This document shows, piece by piece, positions 19,575-29,610 of a stretch of 64,000 nt of DNA (its first letter is position 1; every line of letters starts with the position of its first letter). The stretch is taken from assembly GCA_963719505.1 (NCBI GenBank), contig CAVRCF010000001.1:736001-800000 (forward strand), given 5' to 3'. A program made the translations under genes and the position numbers. The notes beneath the pieces are model-generated. The model made no database searches. It saw only the letters and a list, made by a program, of their open reading frames with translations, and had not been told where the DNA came from. The DNA comes from Halobacteriovoraceae bacterium (GTDB lineage Bacteria; Bdellovibrionota; Bacteriovoracia; Bacteriovoracales; Bacteriovoracaceae).

Positions 19575-20594
19575 CTACCCGTTGTTTTGGTGCTTTTTCA
19601 CTTTTTCAAGCAGTTGCTTCACTTTTTGAGAGTTTCCACGTCTTCCAATCATTATGGCGTCTTCGGTGTCTACTATAATGAGGTCTTCAACATCAAAGGT
19701 TGTAATGAGCTTTTTATGACTCACGATCAGATTGTTTTTGCTATCTAAGTTGATAGAGCGAGAGTCTTTGGTATTTCCATCGGAATCAATTTCAAGCTCT
19801 CCGTAAAGAGCGTCGAAAGAGCCAAGGTCTGACCAATAGAAAAATGAGGGCACTACGCTGACGTTGTCACTTTTTTCCATAACGGCATAGTCTATACTGT
19901 TTGAGGGGATCTTCTCCATCAGCTCTTTATTAAAGAGGGTTAAGTTCTCTGTCGGTTTAGACCCTTCAAAAGTTGCTTTCGCCGCTTGATAAATGTCTGG
20001 AGAATAGCGTTTTAATTCATTGAGAAAAACAGCGGCTTTAAAACAAAACATCCCACTATTCCAAAAAAAGTTTCCACTTTTTATATACTCACAAGCGGTT
20101 TCGTAATCAGGTTTTTCTTTAAACGATTTAACATGGTTTCCATCAGCTTCGATATAGCCAAATCCCGTTTCAGGATATTGGGCCCGAATTCCAAAGGTGA
20201 CAAGCTTATTTTCTTTTGCCAAGTTCACGGCTTCAGTCACAGACTGTTGGTAGAGATTTTCATCTTTAATAAGGTGATCGCTTGGAAGAATAAGGAGAAT
20301 CTCTTCACTGTCGGCACTGAAAGCGGCAAGAGCTATAGCGGCAGCTGTATTTCTTGCAACAGATTCAATGAGAATATCGGTTTTAAGTTCTTTATCTAGT
20401 TGTTCTTTACAAAGTGGTAACTGAGTTTCGTTAACAACAACACAAAGGGATGTGGACAAGGTCTTATTTCTTTTTATCGTTTTTTCAAAAAGGGATTCCC
20501 CTTCAAAAATTTTTGCGAATTGTTTTGGTGATTCTTGCTTTGAGATGGGCCATAAACGCGTTCCAGCTCCTCCACAAAGTATAACAGTTTTCAT
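19575..20594 (-). CDS. manC: Mannose-1-phosphate guanylyltransferase (no PMI domain)
   Basis: GGAGTRLWP, PKQF, RNTAAAI, FKEKP, SIDYAVMEK, WSDLGS. Confidence 0.92.
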   Translation of the reverse strand: MKTVILCGGAGTRLWPISKQESPKQFAKIFEGESLFEKTIKRNKTLSTSLCVVVNETQLPLCKEQLDKELKTDILIESVARNTAAAIALAAFSADSEEILLILPSDHLIKDENLYQQSVTEAVNLAKENKLVTFGIRAQYPETGFGYIEADGNHVKSFKEKPDYETACEYIKSGNFFWNSGMFCFKAAVFLNELKRYSPDIYQAAKATFEGSKPTENLTLFNKELMEKIPSNSIDYAVMEKSDNVSVVPSFFYWSDLGSFDALYGELEIDSDGNTKDSRSINLDSKNNLIVSHKKLITTFDVEDLIIVDTEDAIMIGRRGNSQKVKQLLEKVKKHQNNG

Positions 20595-20602
20595 AAAATT
20601 CC

Positions 20603-21994
20603 TTAGTTGTTTAAAGCATAGGATGCTATCGCGAAATAGATGAGTAAACCAGTAATATCAACTGTGGTCGTGATGGCGGGACTAGCCGCAACAGCTGGAT
20701 CTCCTCCAAGCCTTCGCACCAAAAGCGGAAGACCTGCGCCCACGAGTGCCGATGTCATGACCTGCATGGCAATTGCCAGAGAAATAATAAAACCAACAAA
20801 TTGAAAAGTCATATTAGGGGGTAGCAAAGAGATTGATGAGAGAAAAGCGATCTTAATAAAGACTAAGCCTCCGACGCAAACGCTGAGCATGGCAGATATT
20901 CTAGCTTCTTTCCAAATAATTTTTAACCACTGGGTATCAGAGACCTGATCTAGCGCGATCGCTCTAATAACCACGGTCGCAGCCTGACTTCCGGTGTTTC
21001 CACCAGTTGCGGTCATCATAGGCATATACAGCGCCAAAATAATCATCTGTTCAATAACATGTTGATACTGATGAACAATGACCCCGGAGATAAGTCCAAC
21101 GGCCGCAAGACCCACTAGCCACAGAACTCTTTTTTTGAAATGTTCAAATGCACTCGTTTCAAGATAAGTTAAATCATCCACAGAGGGGACGATCCCCATG
21201 AATTTCTCCATATCCTCTGTGTGCTCGGCGCGAATGACATCGATTGCTTCTTCATGACTGACAATTCCCACAAGTTGCTTGAGAGAGTTTAAGACTGGGA
21301 TGGCGACAATGTCATGTTTTTCAATTTTGTTGGCAACGATTTCTCTATCTTCGTTAACATCTGAATAGACAAAGTTCTCATTACAAAGTTCTCTCACAAT
21401 ATCTTTGGGATCAGACATAATGAGATCTTTAATTGTGATAATTCCCAGCATCTCCATGTCATCGTTGACAACATAAACATAGTAGATCATCTTCTGCGAA
21501 GGAGCGTCGTGGCGAATTTTGGCCAAAGCTTGTTGGCAGGTCATATGAATGAGAATTGTTGCAAAATCGGTGCTCATAATTCCACCCGCAGTCTCCGGCG
21601 GGTAAGCACTTAGGACGATAACATCCTCACGAGTTTTTTTATTTAGAAAAGGTAAAATAGCAATCTGTTCTTCTTTTGAAAATTCTTGGAAAAGATCGGC
21701 TCGGGAATCAGAGTACATATTTGTAAATAAATCTGAGAATGTTTTCTTATCTATAATCTTTGAAATTTCGTGTTGTTTCTCTATGGATAAATAAGAGAAA
21801 ACTCTTCCCGAATCCTCAAGGTCAATAAGTTTCAAAAAATGAACAATATCGGTATCTGATTTTTCTGTGAGAAAGTCGACAACGTTTGCCGTTGGGAATT
21901 CCCCCAGGGCTGACCTGAGTTCTTCAATATTATTCTCATTTACCAAACGTTCAAGCTCTTCAAGCTTTACTTGGACTTCATCATCTTCAACCAT
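20603..21994 (-). CDS. mgtE: Magnesium transporter MgtE
   Basis: N-domain; CBS pair (AGGIMST); GGNTGSQ; DPAVAASP..TT.VD. Confidence 0.95.
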   Translation of the reverse strand: MVEDDEVQVKLEELERLVNENNIEELRSALGEFPTANVVDFLTEKSDTDIVHFLKLIDLEDSGRVFSYLSIEKQHEISKIIDKKTFSDLFTNMYSDSRADLFQEFSKEEQIAILPFLNKKTREDVIVLSAYPPETAGGIMSTDFATILIHMTCQQALAKIRHDAPSQKMIYYVYVVNDDMEMLGIITIKDLIMSDPKDIVRELCNENFVYSDVNEDREIVANKIEKHDIVAIPVLNSLKQLVGIVSHEEAIDVIRAEHTEDMEKFMGIVPSVDDLTYLETSAFEHFKKRVLWLVGLAAVGLISGVIVHQYQHVIEQMIILALYMPMMTATGGNTGSQAATVVIRAIALDQVSDTQWLKIIWKEARISAMLSVCVGGLVFIKIAFLSSISLLPPNMTFQFVGFIISLAIAMQVMTSALVGAGLPLLVRRLGGDPAVAASPAITTTVDITGLLIYFAIASYALNN

Positions 21995-22013
21995 AATTAA
22001 ACCTTTGAATGAC

Positions 22014-22041
22014 TTATCGGTCCACGAACGGCAAACCTTAA
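22014..22041 (-). promoter_or_regulatory. sigma28/FliA-type promoter for mgtE
   Basis: TTAAG-N15-ACCGATAA on the minus strand. Confidence 0.65.
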
Positions 22042-22106
22042 GAAAAAGAAGGGGTTAGCTATTATTCCAAACTGTTTTACTCTACCTTTGAAGAACTAAA
22101 TTTCGC

Positions 22107-22134
22107 TTAAGGTGTTGTAAAAGCTAACCGATAA
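22107..22134 (+). promoter_or_regulatory. sigma28/FliA-type promoter for the 935-aa gene
   Basis: TTAAG-N15-ACCGATAA on the plus strand; suggests the true start is ATG 22170. Confidence 0.65.
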
Positions 22135-22136
22135 CA

Positions 22137-24944
22137 ATGAATAGAAAATATAAAGGAACCTTAAATATAATGAATGTGATAAACCTTCTATTCTTTGGAA
22201 TGACGAAGTCCAATCCGTTGGTCAACGAAATTTCCAATTATTATCAAGATCAAGAGCTCTTTGATACGTCTTTTCACGATGATGAACGAAGTATTAATAA
22301 ATTTTTCTCTCATACTCCAAAAGGTATCTTCTTTTTCACTGTAAGTTCAAAAGAAGAGTTACAAGCAGCTGTAAAAGTTTTACGGACTCAAAGAAAAGCT
22401 ATCAAAAAAGGTTTAATTAAACCCACATGTATTCTTGGAAAGAGTAATAGAAAAATTGAACAGATACTCGCGAAATATAATTGTAAGGAAATCCTTCCGG
22501 CAGATATTAGAGCAAAAAGTGCTGTCTATAAAATCGATTTTTGGGCAAAACAAATAACTGGGCAAGCCAAAAGATATCAACCTGAGTCTTCTAAAGAGGC
22601 GATCTCAAAGGTTGAAATCGAAAAAGAGAAAGAGACCAAAACATCGAGTGTTATCTTTGTTGAGCCCATTGAGCAAGAAAGTGATATTTGGATTGTTAAG
22701 CATAAAACAGACGCAAAAAAAATTCTAAGACGATGGCTTTTAAGAGTCATGGGACCTAGTCCTCAGGTTTGTAAATGGGAGGAAGTCGAAAACTCAACGA
22801 ATAAAAGTCAAAAAACATGGAAGCTTCGGTTTACTTCTGATGAGATCATGTTCTATGAAAGTGAAGGTGTGTGGCTCTTTGAAGGGGCCAAGCCGGAGTT
22901 TGATTGGAAGATGAAGCGATGGAATTTCTCTTCTGATGCTCCAAGGCTCTATTTCTTAGAAAAAGACAAAGATGCCGTTATGCGCTTTGAGATCGCTGGA
23001 ACAAACCTTGAGGTTTGTGAAAACTCAAAAAAAGCAATGGCAAAAGAAGCATCAATAATCAAAACTTTTGATACCAGCTATTCATTTGAAAAAAAGAAAG
23101 AAGATGAAGAAGATGAGACCTCAATTGAATCAGATGCAAAAACAGAAGCTGGTAATTTAGAGGGCGACGTCAAAGACAATCGACGCGATAGCTCGCATAT
23201 GCGTGGTGATAGTAAAAATAGTGTTGAATCTGAACACGGTAGTAAAGGGTCTTTCCACGAAGATGATAAAGGTGGACACCTTCAAGGAAAAGTTAAAGAC
23301 AAAGGTCATTCAGATAAAGAAAGAGAAGATAAAGATAATGTTTTAGATGAAGACTCTGAAATCGAAAAAGAGCGTAAAAAGAGTCGAGATGAAGTTTCAG
23401 GTCGTCTTGAGGGTAAGGTTCAAAAGAATGAGGCGCTTGATAAAAAAGAAGCGGCTAAAAAAGATCCAAAGCAAAGTGAAACTCAAAGTGCTGAAAGAAA
23501 GTCTCAGTCTGAAGAGAGCAAAAAAGATCCGGAAGAAAAAAGGAATCCTGTTCTCGAGCAGCTTCTTAATAAAAAAAATGATGTTGAGGCAGTAGACTAT
23601 TCTCCTGAAGCGCAGCTTCGGAAAAAGAAACAAGAAGCACGCCTTAAAGAAGATCAGGCTAAAAAAGAAGAGGCACAAGCGAAGTCTCTAGACGAGAAAA
23701 ATGAACTGAGGAAAAAAGATAAGACCCCTGATGAGAAGGAGAGAGAGAAACCAGACTTCTCATCAACCTCAACTGATAAGAGGGAAGCAGCTGACAGAGA
23801 GCGAGGTGAGTTCGACGATGCACAAGCTGGGAATTTAGGTGGAAAATCTTCCACTGATCAAATTGACAGAAGCCCTTTGGGTTCGAAGTCACAAAAAAGA
23901 GCCCAACAAGAAAAAGAAGAAAGAGAAAGAGGCGAGTTTAAAGAAGGGCCAAAAAATGATCTCGGAGGCAAGGGCTCAACGGATCAAATTGATAGAAGCC
24001 CACTTGGATCAAAGAGCCAAAAACAAGCAGATAAAGAGAAAAAAGAAAGAGAAAGAGGCGAATTTAAAGAAGGGGCAAAAAATGATCTCGGAGGTAAAAG
24101 CTCGACGGATCAAATTGATAGAAGCCCCCTTGGTTCAAAGACTCAAAAACAAAATCAGGATAAGAAAGATCCCCGTAAAAGTAACTTTAAAGAAAACTCT
24201 CAAAATGATCTTGGTGGAAAAGGTTCGACGGATCAAATTGATAGATCTCATTACGATAATAAAAAACAGATCGATCATCGAAAAGAAAATAAAAAGATAG
24301 AAGATAGCGAATCAGATTTACAAAGCTACAAGAAGAAAGAAAAGATTGTTCCCACATACGGAAGAGATGATGCTTTAGATGAACAACTGGGTGAAGCTCA
24401 ATACGGATCAAATAAAGAGAGTTCTTATAACGAGTTTGCAGAAAATCCTAAATATGCCGAGGGAAGTGTTGAGGATGCTCTTGATCCAAAGCTCGACTTT
24501 GGAGTCGATGAGCCTGAGTCTAAAGAGGGCGAGGAAGAAAAATCTGAGCTGGAAAAAATACTCGCGAAACCATCTGAGGTAAGCACCGAAAGCGGAAGGT
24601 TAAAGGTGGCACTAGAGCAGTCAACAAGTGCTGGAAATGCAATTTCTTTTTTGTGTGATTTTGAAGATTTCTATCCCGATGAACTCATGGTTTTGGCACC
24701 GAAGAGTTCACTCAGCGTTGGTGAGATCGTTCGAGCTAAAGTTTCACTAAAGTACAATAGCTCGAAAAAAGAAGTCGTCGTTTTGGGAAAAATTTCAGAA
24801 GTTGAGTCATTTGATGATAGACTAGATCATCTGGTTATTGACCTTGATGATATTAATCAAGAAGATTACGAACAATTTATAAGTTTATATAATGACCGTC
24901 AAAGTCAGATTAACGATTTTATAGAAAGAGCAAAAGGCTTTTAG
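22137..24944 (+). CDS. Large hypothetical protein: globular N-terminus, charged low-complexity repeat linker, C-terminal PilZ-like beta-barrel
   Basis: 935-aa ORF. C-terminal LSVGEIV...VVVLGKISEVE...LVIDL resembles PilZ but lacks RxxxR. Confidence 0.75.
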   Translation: MNRKYKGTLNIMNVINLLFFGMTKSNPLVNEISNYYQDQELFDTSFHDDERSINKFFSHTPKGIFFFTVSSKEELQAAVKVLRTQRKAIKKGLIKPTCILGKSNRKIEQILAKYNCKEILPADIRAKSAVYKIDFWAKQITGQAKRYQPESSKEAISKVEIEKEKETKTSSVIFVEPIEQESDIWIVKHKTDAKKILRRWLLRVMGPSPQVCKWEEVENSTNKSQKTWKLRFTSDEIMFYESEGVWLFEGAKPEFDWKMKRWNFSSDAPRLYFLEKDKDAVMRFEIAGTNLEVCENSKKAMAKEASIIKTFDTSYSFEKKKEDEEDETSIESDAKTEAGNLEGDVKDNRRDSSHMRGDSKNSVESEHGSKGSFHEDDKGGHLQGKVKDKGHSDKEREDKDNVLDEDSEIEKERKKSRDEVSGRLEGKVQKNEALDKKEAAKKDPKQSETQSAERKSQSEESKKDPEEKRNPVLEQLLNKKNDVEAVDYSPEAQLRKKKQEARLKEDQAKKEEAQAKSLDEKNELRKKDKTPDEKEREKPDFSSTSTDKREAADRERGEFDDAQAGNLGGKSSTDQIDRSPLGSKSQKRAQQEKEERERGEFKEGPKNDLGGKGSTDQIDRSPLGSKSQKQADKEKKERERGEFKEGAKNDLGGKSSTDQIDRSPLGSKTQKQNQDKKDPRKSNFKENSQNDLGGKGSTDQIDRSHYDNKKQIDHRKENKKIEDSESDLQSYKKKEKIVPTYGRDDALDEQLGEAQYGSNKESSYNEFAENPKYAEGSVEDALDPKLDFGVDEPESKEGEEEKSELEKILAKPSEVSTESGRLKVALEQSTSAGNAISFLCDFEDFYPDELMVLAPKSSLSVGEIVRAKVSLKYNSSKKEVVVLGKISEVESFDDRLDHLVIDLDDINQEDYEQFISLYNDRQSQINDFIERAKGF
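23796..24250 (+). repeat. Intragenic tandem repeat of ~126/123 bp (42/41 aa), about 3.6 copies
   Basis: Units start at 23796, 23922, 24048 and 24171; core (N/D)LGGK(S/G)STDQIDRS. Confidence 0.92.
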
Positions 24945-24948
24945 ACAA

Positions 24949-26268
24949 ATGAAAGATGACAAGAAGAAGTCTCTATTCAAAGAGTTTTTAAAGAATAATC
25001 AGATATTGATTGTCGATAAAAGCTCAGCCTCGCGACGCAGGCTCACAAAAACACTCGTGGATATGGGTGCCTCTCGTGCGAATATTGGAAGTGTTGCTCA
25101 CTATGATGAGGCGCTTGAAATAATTAAAGATCAGAACCCCCAATTAATTCTCTCTGATTATATGGTAACAGGTGGGTCTGGATTTGATCTTTTTGCGCAA
25201 AATAAACTTCTGTATCCAACAGATAGAAAATGCACAAGTATTCTCATTACCTCTAATATCTCACAGTCCGCTGTTGCAAAAGCGGCAGAAGAGGATGTTG
25301 ATTCATTTATTATTAAGCCTTACACCGTTCAAAGTTTAGAGAAAAGCTTGATTAATGCTGTTATCTCAAAGCTTCATCCTAGTGCTTATGTTTTGATGGT
25401 GGAAAAAGGAAAAGAGCTTCTTTTCGCAGGCGAATACCAAGAAGCGGCGAAAGTCTTTGACGATGCGATTATCTTAAATAAAAAGCCATCTTTGGCGCAC
25501 TTTTATCATGGGCAGTGCCAGTATTTCCTCAACTTAGAAGATGAAGCTGAGGACGATTATGAGAAAGGTTTGCAGATCAATAATATTCACTTTAAGTGTC
25601 AAGTCGGACTTTATGAACTTTATAAAAAAGAGGGAAAGTTAAAAGAGGCTTATGATGTCGTAAGAAATATCGCCAAATATTTTCCAGCAAACCCTGAGAG
25701 ACTGAAAGAGGTTGTCAGACTTGCCATTAAAACTGAGCATTACGATGATATGGAAGATTATTACAATATCTTTGTTGACCTTGATGAGAGAACTGAAGAT
25801 GTTGTCACCCATATTTGTGCCGGTATGTACGTATACGGAAAGTATAAAAACTCTCAAGGTGATGATGAGAAAATGAAAGAAATTTTTGAAAGAGTGGGGA
25901 TTTCATGTGCTGGGCTGACAAAGTTTTTAAATGCCATGATTGAGACTTTAGTCGAAAATAATATCTTTCACGAAGCCAAAAAGCTTTTAGGTCGATTTGC
26001 TGTTAATGACTCTAATAGGCAGCAATTTGAAATCTGTCAGTTTTTAGCGGATAGTGCATCCATGTCAAATAAAGATCGGATTGCAAAAGGACTTGAGCTT
26101 TTTAATCGGAATAATAAACACCCCATGGCCGTGAGAATTCTCATTAATTCTCTTTATAAGGACGGATCTGAGAAGAAAGCTGAGCAGTACCTCGACGAGG
26201 CTAAACATCTTTGGCCAGAATCTTTTGAAAAATACAAACGTCCAAAGTCTTCTGAAAAAGTCGCCTAA
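24949..26268 (+). CDS. Response regulator receiver + TPR-repeat protein
   Basis: ILIVD, ILSD and IKPY receiver motifs followed by TPR-like helices. Confidence 0.85.
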   Translation: MKDDKKKSLFKEFLKNNQILIVDKSSASRRRLTKTLVDMGASRANIGSVAHYDEALEIIKDQNPQLILSDYMVTGGSGFDLFAQNKLLYPTDRKCTSILITSNISQSAVAKAAEEDVDSFIIKPYTVQSLEKSLINAVISKLHPSAYVLMVEKGKELLFAGEYQEAAKVFDDAIILNKKPSLAHFYHGQCQYFLNLEDEAEDDYEKGLQINNIHFKCQVGLYELYKKEGKLKEAYDVVRNIAKYFPANPERLKEVVRLAIKTEHYDDMEDYYNIFVDLDERTEDVVTHICAGMYVYGKYKNSQGDDEKMKEIFERVGISCAGLTKFLNAMIETLVENNIFHEAKKLLGRFAVNDSNRQQFEICQFLADSASMSNKDRIAKGLELFNRNNKHPMAVRILINSLYKDGSEKKAEQYLDEAKHLWPESFEKYKRPKSSEKVA

Positions 26269-26371
26269 AACACTCAAGTTACAATAACTATCATTACCAT
26301 CTTTTCGTTTACTGATTCATTTTATTTTGATGCACTATAAGCTTATAAAAATAATCTATTCAAGGACGAGA

Positions 26372-27781
26372 ATGATGAAGAAAATAATAGCAATGATGTC
26401 TTTTGTCGCTGCCCTATGTGCCAGTGCCCACGAAGAACCAAACCCACTTATGCGAAAAGAGTGGACCTTAATCGTTAATGTTAAAGTTGAAAATTTCAAA
26501 ACAAAACTTAAAGAACTAAATGACCTCGATATGGATATTGCTGGAGTTGATGTAAAAGAAAATATCATCGATCTTCTTGTCAATGACCATCAGTACGAAG
26601 AATTGGTTTCAAGAGGTTATGCTGTGACCGTATCAGAGACTAAAGGTGTAACTAAAGGTCCTGATAGCGAATATAAAAACCCAGAGGAAATAGAAATCAT
26701 TATAAAAGATTTTCACGCAAGATATAGTGATATTACTCAGTTAGTTTCAATTGGAAAGTCACTAGAGGGAAGAGATATTTGGGCCTTAAAAATTTCGGAT
26801 GAACCAAAAGTGAACGATCTAAGTGAACCTGCAGTCCTATTCAATTCTATGCATCACGCTCGTGAAGTTATGACCCCAGAAGTTTCAATTGATATTATGG
26901 AATATCTTTTGACCAACTATAACTCAGACCCTCAGGTGACAAAGTGGGTGAATGAGACTCAGATTTGGGTTATCCCTATGTTTAATGTCGATGGCAATAA
27001 TAAAATGTGGAACTATGATTCTTATTGGAGAAAAAACGTAAGAGGTGGTTTTGGTGTCGATCTCAATAGAAATTATCCAACTGGCTGGGATTCATGTAAT
27101 GGCTCTAGCGGAAGCCAATCATCTCAAACATATAGAGGCGAAAGTCCTGCAAGTGAACCAGAAACCCAAGCGATGATGGCTTTTATAAAAGATATTCGAC
27201 CTGTTTTTGATATCTCTTATCACGCCTATAGCGAGCTTGTTATTTACCCATTTGGATGTGGTGACCAAAGAACACAAACGAAAGAAGTTGTAGAAAAAAT
27301 TGGAAATGAAGTCGCAACACTTCTGGATTATGATGGTGGTACGGCTTGGGAGCTTCTTTACAACGCTGATGGTGGAGATATTGACTGGATGTATGATGCT
27401 TATCAGGTTATCCCTTTTGTTATTGAATTAAATAATAGATGGGCTGGTTTTCATCCAAAGTTCAGTAAGTGGAGAGATAAAACTGTTGAGAGGAATAGAG
27501 TAGGATGGCAACATCTTTTAAAGCGAACATTCGAAAGTGGAATTAGAGGAATAGTTTCTACTGTGGATAGCCCTGTTTCAGACTTTAAGATTAAAGTTTA
27601 TAAAGTTATCAATGGTCAGAAAGAATTTTTTCAAAATTACGTTGGACATCAAACAGGTGCCTTTCACCTCGTGTTAAATCCAGGGGATTACTCTTTAGAA
27701 ATTATTATCGATAATAAAGTTGTAAAAGAAGTTAATTCATCGGTTCAAGCAACGTTAAAAAGAGTGATGATCGAGATTTAG
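26372..27781 (+). CDS. Secreted M14 zinc carboxypeptidase (carboxypeptidase T-like)
   Basis: HAREV, WRKN, GVDLNRNY, SEPET, SYHAYS. Signal peptide from ATG 26372/26375 after AAGGA. Confidence 0.92.
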   Translation: MMKKIIAMMSFVAALCASAHEEPNPLMRKEWTLIVNVKVENFKTKLKELNDLDMDIAGVDVKENIIDLLVNDHQYEELVSRGYAVTVSETKGVTKGPDSEYKNPEEIEIIIKDFHARYSDITQLVSIGKSLEGRDIWALKISDEPKVNDLSEPAVLFNSMHHAREVMTPEVSIDIMEYLLTNYNSDPQVTKWVNETQIWVIPMFNVDGNNKMWNYDSYWRKNVRGGFGVDLNRNYPTGWDSCNGSSGSQSSQTYRGESPASEPETQAMMAFIKDIRPVFDISYHAYSELVIYPFGCGDQRTQTKEVVEKIGNEVATLLDYDGGTAWELLYNADGGDIDWMYDAYQVIPFVIELNNRWAGFHPKFSKWRDKTVERNRVGWQHLLKRTFESGIRGIVSTVDSPVSDFKIKVYKVINGQKEFFQNYVGHQTGAFHLVLNPGDYSLEIIIDNKVVKEVNSSVQATLKRVMIEI

Positions 27782-27782
27782 T

Positions 27783-28190
27783 ATGATCAAACTTCCAGCT
27801 CTTCTTTTTGACCCTGAGTGCGGTCTCTGTGTGAGATTTACTCAAGGCCTGCGTCTTTTAGACAGATCTGGAAGTATTAGTATGGTTCCCATCACGGATG
27901 AGAGTATCTATGAAGAGTACTCCTCACTTACCTTTGAGGATTGTTCGGAGACGATTCATCTCATCGATGAGAATGGAGATTTTCACCGGGGACCAGATGT
28001 TATAGAGTTTTTGATAAAACAAATTCCTACAGTTTCTAAGCTTTCATGGTTAATTGAAAAAGGATCTTCTAAAAGGGCGATGGGCTCCTTTTACGATAAG
28101 GTCAATGAGATAAGAAAAAATAAAAAGAATGCACATGCACCCGGATGTGATGATTGTGGTACTCGTAGAAGTCGAAAGGTTGAAAAATGA
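27783..28190 (+). CDS. DCC1-like thiol-disulfide oxidoreductase (DUF393)
   Basis: FDPECGLC (DxxCxxC) N-terminal motif. Confidence 0.82.
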   Translation: MIKLPALLFDPECGLCVRFTQGLRLLDRSGSISMVPITDESIYEEYSSLTFEDCSETIHLIDENGDFHRGPDVIEFLIKQIPTVSKLSWLIEKGSSKRAMGSFYDKVNEIRKNKKNAHAPGCDDCGTRRSRKVEK

Positions 28191-29065
28191 AAATATTATT
28201 AATGGCACTGATGAGCTTAAATGCTTTTGCTGGATTTCCTGTTGTTAAATTTACAGGTCTCTATGGAGAGTTTGAAAATAGAGAAGGCATGGCTTATGCA
28301 AAAAGTGCTAAATATGATCTTGAGCAAGTGAAAATTTCTCATCAAGAGATTGAGGTCAAATTTAATAATAAAGTGAAAAATCTTGTTATTAGCGACAATA
28401 ATACAACAGTTGAATTAAAATTTGATTTTAGTTTTCTCAATGTTTTTCAATCTTTTAGCTTTGATGGCGTCTCTATGGAGTCCTCTGCTAAGGCTTTTGA
28501 TATGGCCATGGATAGACTTGCTTTACACATTAAACCTAAAGATTATAATGCAGAGGATTTGAAAGTTTCATCAGATCTAAGTGTTATCAACACAGATGAT
28601 TTACCCCCGGGCGATATAGACATTCTCGATGGATTTGTTCTAAATGGTGCCATAAGTTTTAAGAAGCTTTTATTTGGCAATGTCGATGCTCAAAATATCA
28701 TGCAGCAACTGATCGCTGAAAACCCACAAAGAGAGACAGAAATAAGAGAGTCCTTCACTGGTTTGAAGTCAATTCCTTTGAAGCTTAGAAATCTTAGGCT
28801 CTCAACTGATAAAGGCCGAATCACAGGTCAGGTCTTACTTGATTCTTGGATTAATGCCAATCTCTATATTGGAGGGCAGATGGTTCATCGAAAAAATGAA
28901 AATAATATTGAGATCAGGTTAACGAAGGCCAAGCTAGGCTACTTCTCCATTAGAAGACTCGTTTTAAGAGAGATTAGAGCTTTGCAAGTTGAAGCAATAA
29001 CAGTGCAGGGAAATCTTATTACAATTGATTTGGGTAAGGTTTTATCCACTTCGACTCTACGATAA
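28187..29065 (+). CDS. Secreted hypothetical protein
   Basis: Signal peptide ending AFA; beta-rich; start overlaps the upstream stop. Confidence 0.75.
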   Translation: MKILLMALMSLNAFAGFPVVKFTGLYGEFENREGMAYAKSAKYDLEQVKISHQEIEVKFNNKVKNLVISDNNTTVELKFDFSFLNVFQSFSFDGVSMESSAKAFDMAMDRLALHIKPKDYNAEDLKVSSDLSVINTDDLPPGDIDILDGFVLNGAISFKKLLFGNVDAQNIMQQLIAENPQRETEIRESFTGLKSIPLKLRNLRLSTDKGRITGQVLLDSWINANLYIGGQMVHRKNENNIEIRLTKAKLGYFSIRRLVLREIRALQVEAITVQGNLITIDLGKVLSTSTLR

Positions 29066-29609
29066 GAAAGAGTCTATAAATTGCCCAGCTAATAAAGAGA
29101 CCTAAAAGAGCTCCACAGATAACATCTAGGGGATAGTGTTTTCCTAGATATATTCTTGAGTAAGACACAATCGCTGCATAAATGAAAAGATACTTAAATT
29201 TTGATTTTTTACTTCTATAAAGAAGAAAGAAGAAAAATATAATACCAAATGTGCTCGTCGCATGACTGGAGACAAATCCATATTTTCCTCCGCCTCGTCC
29301 CTGTCCAGCTGTGTATACATTCCCCATGAGACTTGGTTCATGCATGGGCCTTAATCTTTTTATATTATCTTTAAATCCCTTCGTTGAGATACTGTCACAT
29401 AGACCAAAGACCATAAGTAAAAAGAGAAAGGGAATAAAGGCTTTTGCTTTATATTTTTTAAATGAGAAATAAAGAAAGAAAGCTAAAATAAGAAGAGGTG
29501 GAATAAAACTATAGGAAACAAAAAACATTACCTTATCCATCACCGGACTATTGAGATGATTGATAAAAAGAAAGAGTTTTGTGTCAATTGAGTTTATTAC
29601 TTCCAGCAT
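29019..29609 (-). CDS. PAP2-family membrane phosphatase
   Basis: K...KRLRP, FVSSHA, SRIYLGKHYPLD. Confidence 0.9.
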   Translation of the reverse strand: MLEVINSIDTKLFLFINHLNSPVMDKVMFFVSYSFIPPLLILAFFLYFSFKKYKAKAFIPFLFLLMVFGLCDSISTKGFKDNIKRLRPMHEPSLMGNVYTAGQGRGGGKYGFVSSHATSTFGIIFFFFLLYRSKKSKFKYLFIYAAIVSYSRIYLGKHYPLDVICGALLGLFISWAIYRLFLIVESKWIKPYPNQL

Positions 29610-29610
29610 T

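Noticed and set aside
23796-24250. Regularly spaced repeats as a possible CRISPR array
   Set aside because: They are in-frame coding repeats with synonymous variation and no unique spacers; no cas genes are present.
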